61,874 nt of DNA, filler included, from Theionarchaea archaeon (GCA_018992565.1; 3 parts of 3 records of this genome joined end to end with filler, not necessarily neighbours in it); one strand, 5' to 3'. Positions 10,357 through 19,252 are shown, numbered from the whole stretch's first letter. Notes: a model not told the origin generated them from the sequence alone. Numbers and translations: made by a program.

Positions 10357-10434
10357 CTACGCGTAGATTTCCATCTTTCCACCAGTGGAAGCAACGCAGG
10401 TAGCGTCCAGGTAGTCTTCAACTCGGGGTTCCAT
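10357..10434 (-). CDS. Putative RiPP precursor peptide A1, 25 aa
   Basis: MEPRVEDYLDATCVASTGGKMEIYA; AGGAGGTGA RBS, own BRE/TATA, downstream T-tract; co-oriented with rSAM/PqqD operon. Confidence 0.85.
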   Translation of the reverse strand: MEPRVEDYLDATCVASTGGKMEIYA

Positions 10435-10477
10435 CGTTCTCACCTCCTGTACAGTGATTATACAACATATTTCTTTG

Positions 10478-10497
10478 AGTTATTAAGCTTTTTGGTG
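10478..10497 (-). promoter_or_regulatory. BRE/TATA promoter of precursor A1
   Basis: Minus strand CACCAAAAAGCTTAATAACT about 45-60 nt upstream of ATG; conserved in both copies while the intervening spacer diverges. Confidence 0.75.
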
Positions 10498-10648
10498 CGT
10501 TCGGAGTATGATGCACCACGTGGGAGGTATTAACCCGAACTCTGTTACGGATAAGGGATAAGCAGAGAGATACGTCAAGGAACGCTCTTTCAAAAAAGAA
10601 ATAAAAGAAAAATATGGTATGTCAGGTCTTGTTCTTTCTACTCCCGGC

Positions 10649-10723
10649 TTAGAGGTACTCCATCTTTCCACCAGTGGAAGCAACGCAGGTAGCGTCCAGG
10701 TAGTCTTCAACTCGGGGTTCCAT
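10649..10723 (-). CDS. Putative RiPP precursor peptide A2, 24 aa
   Basis: MEPRVEDYLDATCVASTGGKMEYL; same RBS and promoter as A1. Confidence 0.85.
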   Translation of the reverse strand: MEPRVEDYLDATCVASTGGKMEYL

Positions 10724-10766
10724 CGTTCTCACCTCCTGTACAGTGATTGTTGAGTATATTCTTCTA

Positions 10767-10786
10767 AGTTATTAAGCTTTTTGGTG
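10767..10786 (-). promoter_or_regulatory. BRE/TATA promoter of precursor A2
   Basis: Identical CACCAAAAAGCTTAATAACT element at same spacing. Confidence 0.75.
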
Positions 10787-11014
10787 GTAATACATGTACA
10801 CATTTAAATAAGAAAAATTTCATTTCTACTCTATAAAATAGAGCAATATTATATTTATCTACACTTCAGAGTCACAGAAGAAAGAACATCATCAATGAAA
10901 TCTCTCTCAGCATAGGTTGATCTCTAGGGGACCACGAATATCTGTGAAGAACCGGTGTATGTTTTTTGGCTCAGGAAAAGCGGTAGTAGGCCCCATCCAC
11001 CCGACATGTGCCTG

Positions 11015-12022
11015 CTAAAGAGTGTCTGGATGATACAGACAATAGGGATCAGGTTCTTCAAAAGCTCCTCTCACCATATGTGCCGCAGCAATACATCCTC
11101 CACCGCACTCTGTTACATATGTGCACGTCGCACACTTTCCTCCTGTGATCACTGCGTCCCGTGCTCTCTGCAGCAGTGAGGATGTCTCCCACATGCACTT
11201 GAACCCCTCTTTCGCCACAGACTCATCCTGTATCGTGATGTAGGGGCAGGGAGTGATATTCCCTTCTGCAGTTATGGAACAGACCTGGACTCCCGCGGGG
11301 CATCTACGCCCTGCTTGTTCAGAAAAATCAAAAGCTTCTTCAATCTCGTAGTGAAGTCCCTTTTTATCGTATTGACTGCGGTTCCGTGCGTACCCTATGA
11401 TAATGGGGTTCAGTATGGTAGGATCTGGCAAGTGCTCATCGTTCTCCTTCCTGGGTATATATCTGCGAATATGGGCCAGGACTAGTCCCTGCTCATGCGC
11501 CCACTCTGGAAAAGAGGGGGCCTGGTGTATGTTATGGCTCATGGGCATGAATGACACAAAAGCTCGTATCTCAAGGTCTCTCAGCATGGCAAGAGTGTCA
11601 AGCAGTGTATCAAATGATCCAGGGATCCCTGTAATTGCATCATGGGTGTCTGAAGTGATGCCAAACAGAGGAAGGTCAAGTGCACCTAGGTGCGCCTCTC
11701 TGAGGGCTTTTGCCCGGGACTCAGTGAGCAGCAGCCCGTTAGTCTGCACGAGACTCCAGACGGGGCGACCCCTAAGGTGGATTAGAAGCTCCTCCAGCCC
11801 TGAGTAGAGTAGTGGCTCGCCTCCTGTAAAATATATCTTAAATACTCTCTCTTCCACCAATTCATCAAGAATTCTCTTGGCAACCTCTACATCCAGAGAT
11901 ACATTCTCATTCCTTACGAGGCAGTGTGCGCAGTGAAGGTTGCACTTCCGGGTTACCTCCAGGTAGACTGTCAGGGGTGCTCTCATTCTTTTCCCGGAGT
12001 TCTCTCTTCTGAGCGGAGTCAT
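11015..12022 (-). CDS. Radical SAM/SPASM protein (#4 of cluster)
   Basis: CNLHCAHC, TGGEP, SPASM CPAG..C..GNITPC..CxxCxxxxxCGGGC..DPYC; ATGA overlap with upstream gene. Confidence 0.92.
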   Translation of the reverse strand: MTPLRRENSGKRMRAPLTVYLEVTRKCNLHCAHCLVRNENVSLDVEVAKRILDELVEERVFKIYFTGGEPLLYSGLEELLIHLRGRPVWSLVQTNGLLLTESRAKALREAHLGALDLPLFGITSDTHDAITGIPGSFDTLLDTLAMLRDLEIRAFVSFMPMSHNIHQAPSFPEWAHEQGLVLAHIRRYIPRKENDEHLPDPTILNPIIIGYARNRSQYDKKGLHYEIEEAFDFSEQAGRRCPAGVQVCSITAEGNITPCPYITIQDESVAKEGFKCMWETSSLLQRARDAVITGGKCATCTYVTECGGGCIAAAHMVRGAFEEPDPYCLYHPDTL

Positions 12023-13032
12023 GGGTCTCCCTCTACAAAACACTGATAGTCTGAAGCGTACAAATCATGAGTTTTCGCGTACACAGCAGCTCTGCATCCT
12101 CCTCCACATTGATGAAGATGTGTGCAGGAGCTACACTTTCCGTGAATCTTGTCCAGGGCTCTGAATCGGGCCATCACAGGAGAATGTGCCCAGATTTTCC
12201 TGAAATCCTGGTCCAGCACGCTGCCGCAGTAAAATGCAGGATCATCAAACATAGGGCAAGGCACCACCTGGCCGTTGGCTTTTATTCCTGCCAGAGTGCG
12301 TCCCGCCTGACATCCCACCCATTGATGGGGGTTCTCTTTTCCATGGAGAAGGAATCCAAACGCTTCATCTGCCACAGCATGAATGGTCCCCTTGTATCCA
12401 TAGATCTCTTCCAATACCCAGCGATATTCTGTAGGCGTCAGGTCCATTGAACTCATTTCTGCTGCCCTTCCGGTATAGATCAACCGGTAGAACCTGATAG
12501 TGAAGGCACCCAATTTCTCGGCAAGCTGAACCAGTTCTGTAATTTCAGAGAAGTTCTTTCGATAGACTACGGTGGTAACCCCAAAAGGTATTCCTGCCTC
12601 TTTCAGAATGCCTGTGGCCTCAAGGACTCTCTGGAAAGCTCCCTGCCTCTTTCTAAGATAGTCATGGGCTTCTTCCAGTCCGTCAAGACTGAGCTGGACC
12701 ATGGACACTCCCGAGGACTTCAAAGCTGAGGCTTCTTCCCCATAGATGAGCATCCCATTGGTGGCCAGTTCCACTGGAACCCATTGAGCAGCATACTGGA
12801 TGAGATCGAAGATGTCTTTTCGTAGAAGAGGTTCTCCTCCTGAAAAGGACAGCCTGAATACCTTTGCTCTGACCACCTGATCAATGATGGTCATGGCTTC
12901 GCGAGTGGTAAGTTCGTGGACGCTGGCAGGCGTGGCCTCTACATAGCAGTGCCTGCAGTTCAAGTTGCACCTGTTGGTGACGTCCCAGATAATGCTATTG
13001 GGAGCTGATAAGTGTGTCCTATTCATTTTCAT
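12019..13032 (-). CDS. Radical SAM/SPASM protein (#3 of cluster)
   Basis: CNLNCRHC, SGGEP, CQAG..GQVVPC..CSSC..CGGGCRA; start at MKMNRT (13032 or 13026). Confidence 0.93.
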   Translation of the reverse strand: MKMNRTHLSAPNSIIWDVTNRCNLNCRHCYVEATPASVHELTTREAMTIIDQVVRAKVFRLSFSGGEPLLRKDIFDLIQYAAQWVPVELATNGMLIYGEEASALKSSGVSMVQLSLDGLEEAHDYLRKRQGAFQRVLEATGILKEAGIPFGVTTVVYRKNFSEITELVQLAEKLGAFTIRFYRLIYTGRAAEMSSMDLTPTEYRWVLEEIYGYKGTIHAVADEAFGFLLHGKENPHQWVGCQAGRTLAGIKANGQVVPCPMFDDPAFYCGSVLDQDFRKIWAHSPVMARFRALDKIHGKCSSCTHLHQCGGGCRAAVYAKTHDLYASDYQCFVEGDP

Positions 13033-14014
13033 TCCTCCAGCAGTAGGGATCCTTCCTGGTAGCATCCTGGTATCGTGCATATGCAGCTGCAGGGCATCCT
13101 CCCTTGCAGAAATCAGCAATTTCGCACGTACATACTCTTTTCATCTCTCTAAAATGCTCAGCAGATTCAGAATGCCAGATTTCATCAAATTCATCAGATA
13201 AAAGGTCCCCCATGAGAAATTCGTCATGTGCCAGAAAAATACAGGGATACACCTTCCCAGAGGAATCAACCCCACACTCAGTGCGCCCCGCAGGACACCC
13301 GTACCATGAGAGATTGTATTCCTCAATTCTCCTTCCCAGAAAGCTCATGCATTCATCAGGTACTATGTCAAGAACATTCTCATGCAGCCTTCTCTGTTCC
13401 AGCAGAACCTCAATGAGCGACTTGGTCTGAGCAGGTGTGAGAGCTTCACTTTCAAGAGCATCACCTCTCCCCATGAGGATGAGGCGGCTGGCTCTGAACT
13501 GAGTGACTCCCCACTCAACCGCTTTTTCCAGTAGAAGGGGAATTTCAGAGAGGTTTTGCTGCGAAACCAGAGTATTTACAGAAACAGGTACTCCATTTTC
13601 CACCAGGTAGCTAATCCCTTCTACAGACTTAGCAAAACAGCCCTTCATCTGCCTCTGATAGTCATGGTTTTCTTCCAATCCGTCAATGCTAATCTGGACC
13701 GAATCACAGCCAGTTTCCTTAATCCTCTGGGCAACTCGTTCTGTAATCAGCGTACCGTTGGATATCAACTGGACATACTTCTTTTCTTGTTTGAACATGG
13801 GGATAATATTCCAGATTTCTGGTTCCATGAGAGGTTCTCCTCCACTGAGAGTTGCAAGAAAGATGCCAGAATGAGCGAGCTTGTCAGCTATGGTCAAGAG
13901 CTCTCTGGGTGGAAGGCTCCTGCCTGATCCTGATGAGTTGTAGCAATGTCTGCATGACAGGTTACACCGGGTAGTTATGTCCCAGATGACTCGAAGTGGA
14001 GCACGCAAGGTCAC
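13019..14014 (-). CDS. Radical SAM/SPASM protein (#2 of cluster)
   Basis: CNLSCRHC, SGGEP, CPAGRTEC..GKVYPC..CTC..CKGGCPA..DPYC. Confidence 0.93.
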   Translation of the reverse strand: MTLRAPLRVIWDITTRCNLSCRHCYNSSGSGRSLPPRELLTIADKLAHSGIFLATLSGGEPLMEPEIWNIIPMFKQEKKYVQLISNGTLITERVAQRIKETGCDSVQISIDGLEENHDYQRQMKGCFAKSVEGISYLVENGVPVSVNTLVSQQNLSEIPLLLEKAVEWGVTQFRASRLILMGRGDALESEALTPAQTKSLIEVLLEQRRLHENVLDIVPDECMSFLGRRIEEYNLSWYGCPAGRTECGVDSSGKVYPCIFLAHDEFLMGDLLSDEFDEIWHSESAEHFREMKRVCTCEIADFCKGGCPAAAYARYQDATRKDPYCWRNENE

Positions 14015-14060
14015 ATGATCATCTCACTGTGGATTTCTATACTCTCTGGTGGCTGTAAAC

Positions 14061-15032
14061 TCACTTCTTGCTCAGTGGACACCCCGGATCGAGGTCCAGA
14101 GATTGGGTGATGCGGTATGCGGCTGCCCGACATCCTCCACACAGACTGCAGTATGAGCAACTCTGACATCCCTCCAGTCCCTTACGGAAGGCGTTGAGAA
14201 AGTCCCACTCTTTCCATATGGTCTTCAAATCTGAATCCCAGATTACAGGGGCATCAATTGACTCAGCCAGGGGCTTTGAGGCAAAATGGGGGCAGGGTAC
14301 TACATATCCATCGCAGGTAATCATTGCAGATGTTTTTCCTCCCACGCATCCCTGGAATGCATTCTTGTTGATCCTTTCTTTGTATGGGGTCAGGTGGAGG
14401 AACGTATAGCAGTTGTTGGGAATGATATTTCTTCCTTTCTTCTTGAGGTCATACACCCTGCTCAGGAGGTCCATGCATTGATCTGGACCGAGGTAGTCAG
14501 TGGGATGGATGTATCGAAGGATGCGATGGGCATTCACAGAAAACTGAGACACAATATCTGAGGTGGCCTCCAGGTATGAGAGGTTTTGCGGCGTCACCAC
14601 AGTTCCTACATGTGTGTCAATGTCCAGATCGCAAAAGGTCTTCATAGCCTCAAGCGTTCTCTGGAAACTCCCTTCCCCTCTGATAGAATCGTGATATTCT
14701 TCCGGCCCTTCTATGGGGAACTGGATCATATTCAGGTTAGCATTCCGAAGAGCTTCAGCTTGTGATATGTCTTCAGCCCCGGACACGAGGCCCACCACCA
14801 TAGGTTTCCTCCGCATGTACTCGACCAACTCTGCAATCCCCTCCCACAGCAAGGGCTCACCACCATCTATAAGTACGGTGAATACCTTGGCTTCCCATAA
14901 GAGGTCTACCAGGGAGAAGGCCTCTTTCTGGGATAGAGAAGCACCATCGGGGGGAGCATAGCACTCTAAAGCACAGGCTGCACATTTTCTGGAAACCTGA
15001 AGGTAAACATAGGTGGGGCTGGAGAACATCAT
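14061..15032 (-). CDS. Radical SAM/SPASM-like protein with atypical CX2CX3C motif (#1 of cluster)
   Basis: CAACALEC in place of CX3CX2C, DGGEP, SPASM CVGG..GYVVPC..CQSC..CGGCRA..GC; starts 1 nt after PqqD stop. Confidence 0.88.
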   Translation of the reverse strand: MMFSSPTYVYLQVSRKCAACALECYAPPDGASLSQKEAFSLVDLLWEAKVFTVLIDGGEPLLWEGIAELVEYMRRKPMVVGLVSGAEDISQAEALRNANLNMIQFPIEGPEEYHDSIRGEGSFQRTLEAMKTFCDLDIDTHVGTVVTPQNLSYLEATSDIVSQFSVNAHRILRYIHPTDYLGPDQCMDLLSRVYDLKKKGRNIIPNNCYTFLHLTPYKERINKNAFQGCVGGKTSAMITCDGYVVPCPHFASKPLAESIDAPVIWDSDLKTIWKEWDFLNAFRKGLEGCQSCSYCSLCGGCRAAAYRITQSLDLDPGCPLSKK

Positions 15033-15033
15033 A

Positions 15034-15294
15034 TTACAGCCACCCGATGAGCTTCCGCTCATCCATATCCTTCAAGAAAGCATCCACCTGTTCTCTGACA
15101 TCTTCAAGTTCCTCTCCTTCTTTTTGTGAGAGTGTCTCTGCAATAGTGCTAACATCCATGGTTCCGTCACACATACTCCAGATGAGAAATCCATCTTTGT
15201 TCAGTTTGTGCATCCGTCCTGCCCCGGGATCAAAGATGATAGCTCCAAAATCCTCCTCTCTACAGATCACATCTTCTCGCTGTTTTGGGATCAT
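15034..15294 (-). CDS. Stand-alone PqqD-family RiPP recognition element (RRE)
   Basis: 86 aa; LN..G..IW..CDG...V..I...L......E.V...V..FL..M....LI pattern. Confidence 0.92.
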   Translation of the reverse strand: MIPKQREDVICREEDFGAIIFDPGAGRMHKLNKDGFLIWSMCDGTMDVSTIAETLSQKEGEELEDVREQVDAFLKDMDERKLIGWL

Positions 15295-16508
15295 TCACTC
15301 ACCTTTGGGGGATTTGCAGGTAGAACAAAGTGTAGCATGATGATGGTAGCGACGACCATGGCAGCGCACAGGAAGAAGGGTACGCGCAGGCTGGTGAGTC
15401 CTCCTACGGCAGAGCCCAGTATAGGGCCAACCATAGATCCAATGCTGCAAACGCAGATGACTGCTCCGCTGGCAGTTCCCCTCTGTGATGAGACTGTCAC
15501 ATCACCAATAAGACTGTAAGCAACAGTAGCATATGGGGCAGCTCCTATGCCCACCAGCATGTAGCTGATAAAGAACATGAGGGGATTGACAGACAGGCCC
15601 GCCAAAGACACACCCACTACATAGATGAACAGGGGGTATATCAAGAGGCGCTTTCTCCCTAGCCGGTCTGACATGGTACCTGCCACAAATTGGGAAACAG
15701 CATACAGAATACCCAGTGAGGTGCCCAGGATTCCCAGCATTGTGTACGTCATGCCCAGCTCTTCTACAGCAAATATGCTCATGATGGGAGTGAGAATCCC
15801 ACTGGCGAAGTAAAGCATACCAAACATCAACAGGACTGTAAGGAAGACCAGGTTGCCCACGAGTTCTCTTGTGGGAAGCCTCATTTTCTGAACAGTAAAT
15901 CCTGTCCCCAGTTCTCTGAATTGAACGAGGAAGAAGACTGCCGCTATCATGGGAAAAATTGTACCCACATAGAATAACGGGTTAAAGCTCCCAGTAGAGT
16001 CTCTTATTACACCTCCCACCGTAGGTGCAGCCATGCTGGCCAGCGTCGTGAGCAACGCAAACGTGCCCAGTGCTTGTCCTCTATTCTCCTCTGTGGTCTT
16101 GTCCATTACATATGCGCGCGCAATAGGAAAGATGAATCCTATGATTCCTCCATGTGCTGCCCTCAAGAGCAAGAGCTGTGTTGTGGTGTGGGCCAGGGTA
16201 TACGAGAATACTATCCCTCCCAATAAGAACAAGCTCAGCGTAATGAGGTTTCTGCCAATCCTGTCTGAAATGTATCCTGCAGGCAGGGAAATCAGCGCAT
16301 TAAACAGAGAGTAGACAAGTGCAAAAGCACCCAGTTGCACCACAGGGACACCAAAGTCCTTGAGGAAAAGGTACAGGAATGCGCCGTAGATCTGTTCCCC
16401 AAAGAGCACCAGTGACATGACAATGCTGAACAGCAGAATCAGAGCTTCTACTCGAATCAGATCAGAAAATCTCTTCTTGAGTCTACTTATTCCTTCATCT
16501 ATTATCAT
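15291..16508 (-). CDS. MFS transporter
   Basis: About 12 TM; G..SDRIGR and G..SDRLGRK motifs; stop overlaps PqqD start. Confidence 0.92.
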   Translation of the reverse strand: MIIDEGISRLKKRFSDLIRVEALILLFSIVMSLVLFGEQIYGAFLYLFLKDFGVPVVQLGAFALVYSLFNALISLPAGYISDRIGRNLITLSLFLLGGIVFSYTLAHTTTQLLLLRAAHGGIIGFIFPIARAYVMDKTTEENRGQALGTFALLTTLASMAAPTVGGVIRDSTGSFNPLFYVGTIFPMIAAVFFLVQFRELGTGFTVQKMRLPTRELVGNLVFLTVLLMFGMLYFASGILTPIMSIFAVEELGMTYTMLGILGTSLGILYAVSQFVAGTMSDRLGRKRLLIYPLFIYVVGVSLAGLSVNPLMFFISYMLVGIGAAPYATVAYSLIGDVTVSSQRGTASGAVICVCSIGSMVGPILGSAVGGLTSLRVPFFLCAAMVVATIIMLHFVLPANPPKVSE

Positions 16509-16735
16509 AGGTTAACCCTCCGTGTTGTTCAGAAAAAGGAGGAGCAGAACATGGAAGAAATGCGTGCCATAGAGCATCATGACAACGAGGTTGGCATATC
16601 TGCGGAAGAACACGCGTGCGTGAAAGGGGTTGAGATCCATGATATTCCACGTTTCCACCTCCAGTATGTAGTGCTCCTTCACTTCTTCTGCTTTCTTTAT
16701 AAATATTTCGAGCTGCTGAATGTGTGCAGCACAAA

Positions 16736-17686
16736 CTAGATAACCTTCTGTATCTTAACATGTTTTTGAGCAGGCACAAACCCCAGTTCCTTGAGAAGGG
16801 TTCGCTCAGGGAGATTATCTTCCATTACCATGTAGTCCAGAATGTATTCTGCATTCCACTTTCTCATCTCTTGCAGCATTTCAACATACAGAGCAGACCC
16901 AATCCCCATACCTCTGAATTCCTTGAGAACACCGTTGTTCAGGACCCTGCCCACAACCCTGTTCTTATTAAACACCTTCTGAAATGATATAAGAGCTCCA
17001 ATGAAGCCTGCTGGCACCTCCTTCACTTCTGCAAATATCCACACCCCAATCATGTGTCTCTGGCCCTGGTACATGACAGAATCCAGATGTTCCTCATGGA
17101 TTTGAGACATGTTGGGGATTTCAGCGCTGATCTCATTGACCAGAGCAGTATATGTCTTGATATCTTCTCTCAGGTTTTTTGATATACGTAAGTCTACCTT
17201 CTCTTTTGTTTTTTTGTAATAACCAAGCATGAGTTCAGTGATGGGGAGAGATCCTTCTCTGATGAATGTGTCTTCCTTATACAGTTCCTGGTATCCTTTT
17301 TCTTTGAACAGAACGACAAACCGCGAATTGAAATCAGCTATCCGCGTGGTGATCCTGGTAACCCCTTTCTGAGCCAGTACAGTCTCGCATTCCTGCAGCA
17401 GTTCGTCCTCAATTTTCCCACGATATGGTGTGGCAATCCACAAATCCAGCCAGTACGTATCTCCAAGAAAGCAGCTTCTCTTGCCAGGCGCTATTCGAGT
17501 GGTGAATCCTGCCTGGACATTGTCATTCTCTTCCACAACCCAGTAGGTTCTTTCTGTTCCATCGGGTACTGGTTTGTTCATATCGATTTCACTGACAGGT
17601 GCACAGACATCTCCGTGCTCCCACTCTTTCTGGCAGTATTCTGCCCACTGGGGCTGTTCCTGCACACGAAGTCCTCTTACCTCCAC
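16736..17686 (-). CDS. Tandem-domain GNAT family N-acetyltransferase
   Basis: Two acetyl-CoA-binding motif A-like segments (IATPYRGK; GVLKEFRGMGIG), N..ERTLLKELGF. Confidence 0.8.
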   Translation of the reverse strand: MEVRGLRVQEQPQWAEYCQKEWEHGDVCAPVSEIDMNKPVPDGTERTYWVVEENDNVQAGFTTRIAPGKRSCFLGDTYWLDLWIATPYRGKIEDELLQECETVLAQKGVTRITTRIADFNSRFVVLFKEKGYQELYKEDTFIREGSLPITELMLGYYKKTKEKVDLRISKNLREDIKTYTALVNEISAEIPNMSQIHEEHLDSVMYQGQRHMIGVWIFAEVKEVPAGFIGALISFQKVFNKNRVVGRVLNNGVLKEFRGMGIGSALYVEMLQEMRKWNAEYILDYMVMEDNLPERTLLKELGFVPAQKHVKIQKVI

Positions 17687-18213
17687 TATTTCACCACCTC
17701 CTCCATGTACTCAGTTTCGGGAATTTCAAGTTCCACATGAGCGGAATTCTCTGGAATGTCATATTCATCCAGGAAGAAGGCAAACAGAAGGATATCCTTG
17801 CCATCAACAGTATGTTTTCTCAGACAGCCCTCATACGTATAACCAAGGAAATTCAAAAGAGATACCATCATGGGGTTCCTACCAATAACAGAATCAGTGA
17901 CTTTATTCCTACCTTCTGCCTTAAACACCTTTAGAGCTGCAATATACAAATTGGTACCTATTTCATGCCCTCTACATTCTCTATCAACCACAATGACCCC
18001 ATTTTTGCCAATTGTTTTTGAAGGTCTGTGCAGAACATGAGCGCCAACTACTGTGCTCTCCATGCATGCACTGAGAATGGAAATCTTTCCTCTCTTATTG
18101 GCATTTACTGCATTTCGTATCTCTTTCTCTCTTTTGTCATAACTAGATTGAGAAAAAATTCGTACTATATCCACTAAATCATCCGGAATGCTCGGTCTGA
18201 TGACTATTTTCAT
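17686..18213 (-). CDS. GNAT family N-acetyltransferase
   Basis: VVDRECRGHEIG, N......LGYTYEGCLRKH (RimJ/RimL-like tail). Confidence 0.82.
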   Translation of the reverse strand: MKIVIRPSIPDDLVDIVRIFSQSSYDKREKEIRNAVNANKRGKISILSACMESTVVGAHVLHRPSKTIGKNGVIVVDRECRGHEIGTNLYIAALKVFKAEGRNKVTDSVIGRNPMMVSLLNFLGYTYEGCLRKHTVDGKDILLFAFFLDEYDIPENSAHVELEIPETEYMEEVVK

Positions 18214-18364
18214 TCTTCCACCTCCAGCTAGTCTGGTGAAGACAGTATAAAAATCTTATGGTATCTGTATTTGTATCTGTTCGAATGATGATATTGCCCG
18301 TATGTCAGAAGGAGAGGTCTTTAATGTTCGAATGATGACTACATAAATCGTTTGCGTCCATCAG

Positions 18365-18838
18365 CTACTGCTGTTTTGCAGAAATCTCTGTCCTGCGGTT
18401 AAAAAAATCTTCCCTGAATTTCTTTGCCCTCTTGATTTCAGCAACGAAGGATTCATCGGGAAAGAAGCCAGAGGACTTTGGTTCTCCTTCGGCTAACTCA
18501 GTTACCATCTCAGACAGCTTTACGGGCTGTTGAAGGAGGTATTCCACATTAATATCCTTTGCTATTCTCATCTCTGTTTCAGTAAAAGACCTCTTTTCCA
18601 CCTCAAATCGTTCGATCTCCTGATATAGCATATCATCAAGCGAATTGTCTCCCTTGATGCTGTAGTATCCTATCAGGATCCCATTCTCAAATAGAAGGAA
18701 TGAGATGTTCCATGCAGTTCCTCTTTCAAAGAACCGTATGACACCAGAGAAGTCAGAATCCACCCTGGACAGATAGTTCAAAGGCTGAGTATGTTCCCAT
18801 TCTTCAGTACTCTCCAGCTTTCCTCGGGGCAAGTTCAT
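18365..18838 (-). CDS. Hypothetical protein (DUF2226-like)
   Basis: MNLPRGK start after AGGTG RBS; FSG.I...LLFENG..IG pattern. Confidence 0.55.
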   Translation of the reverse strand: MNLPRGKLESTEEWEHTQPLNYLSRVDSDFSGVIRFFERGTAWNISFLLFENGILIGYYSIKGDNSLDDMLYQEIERFEVEKRSFTETEMRIAKDINVEYLLQQPVKLSEMVTELAEGEPKSSGFFPDESFVAEIKRAKKFREDFFNRRTEISAKQQ

Positions 18839-19252
18839 GTCAACACCTTTCAGATTGAGAATTGATGTCATAAATTCATCGAAGGAGAACTTTATAAAGA
18901 TATGTGTCAATATGAATCTAATCTGTGGGAGTGTATCTTAATCGTTACCCTCTTTGAAAAATTGATCCACTTTAGAAATCTATTCCCCTATTTCAATGGA
19001 ATGAGTGCACACATTTCTTGAAGATTCTGTACGTTCTCAGTGATTCTAGAATTGTGATTGTGACTTTCCGGGTGCCTGGTGATCCCAGCCAATACAGCAG
19101 GAGGCCGCTCAGGGCTCGCGATGCTATCAGGTGGATCAGGCATGTCGAATGTCTGACCGACAGGCAAGTCAGGAATCCACATCAGCCCAACTTTGTTGAG
19201 ACAAACCACACTATCAGAAAAGAATATAAAGCGTTGATGAAATATAAAGGAA

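Larger units (their letters stand above)
10370..10786. repeat. Direct repeat pair (289-bp offset) covering precursor CDS, RBS and promoter
   Basis: 10370-10459 identical to 10659-10748 (90 bp); 10478-10497 identical to 10767-10786. Confidence 0.95.

Noticed and set aside
10357..10723. Calling the peptides PqqA or MftA
   Set aside because: No ExxxY and no terminal IDGxCGVY; pqqB/C and mftD/E/F are absent
10370..10786. CRISPR array or IS ends from the direct repeat
   Set aside because: Only two 90-bp units, each containing RBS and ORF; no spacer pattern, cas gene or transposase
11015..15032. Alternative heme / heme d1 biosynthesis (AhbC/AhbD/NirJ) reading of the rSAM quartet
   Set aside because: Motifs are superficially similar, but there are no AhbA/B or tetrapyrrole genes nearby, whereas a PqqD, an exporter and duplicated peptide genes are present; not formally excluded without HMMs
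16640..16668. TGGGNVEY resembling the precursor TGGKMEY
   Set aside because: Arises from the GGAGGTGG RBS sequence; there is no leader similarity or start codon upstream, so probably coincidence
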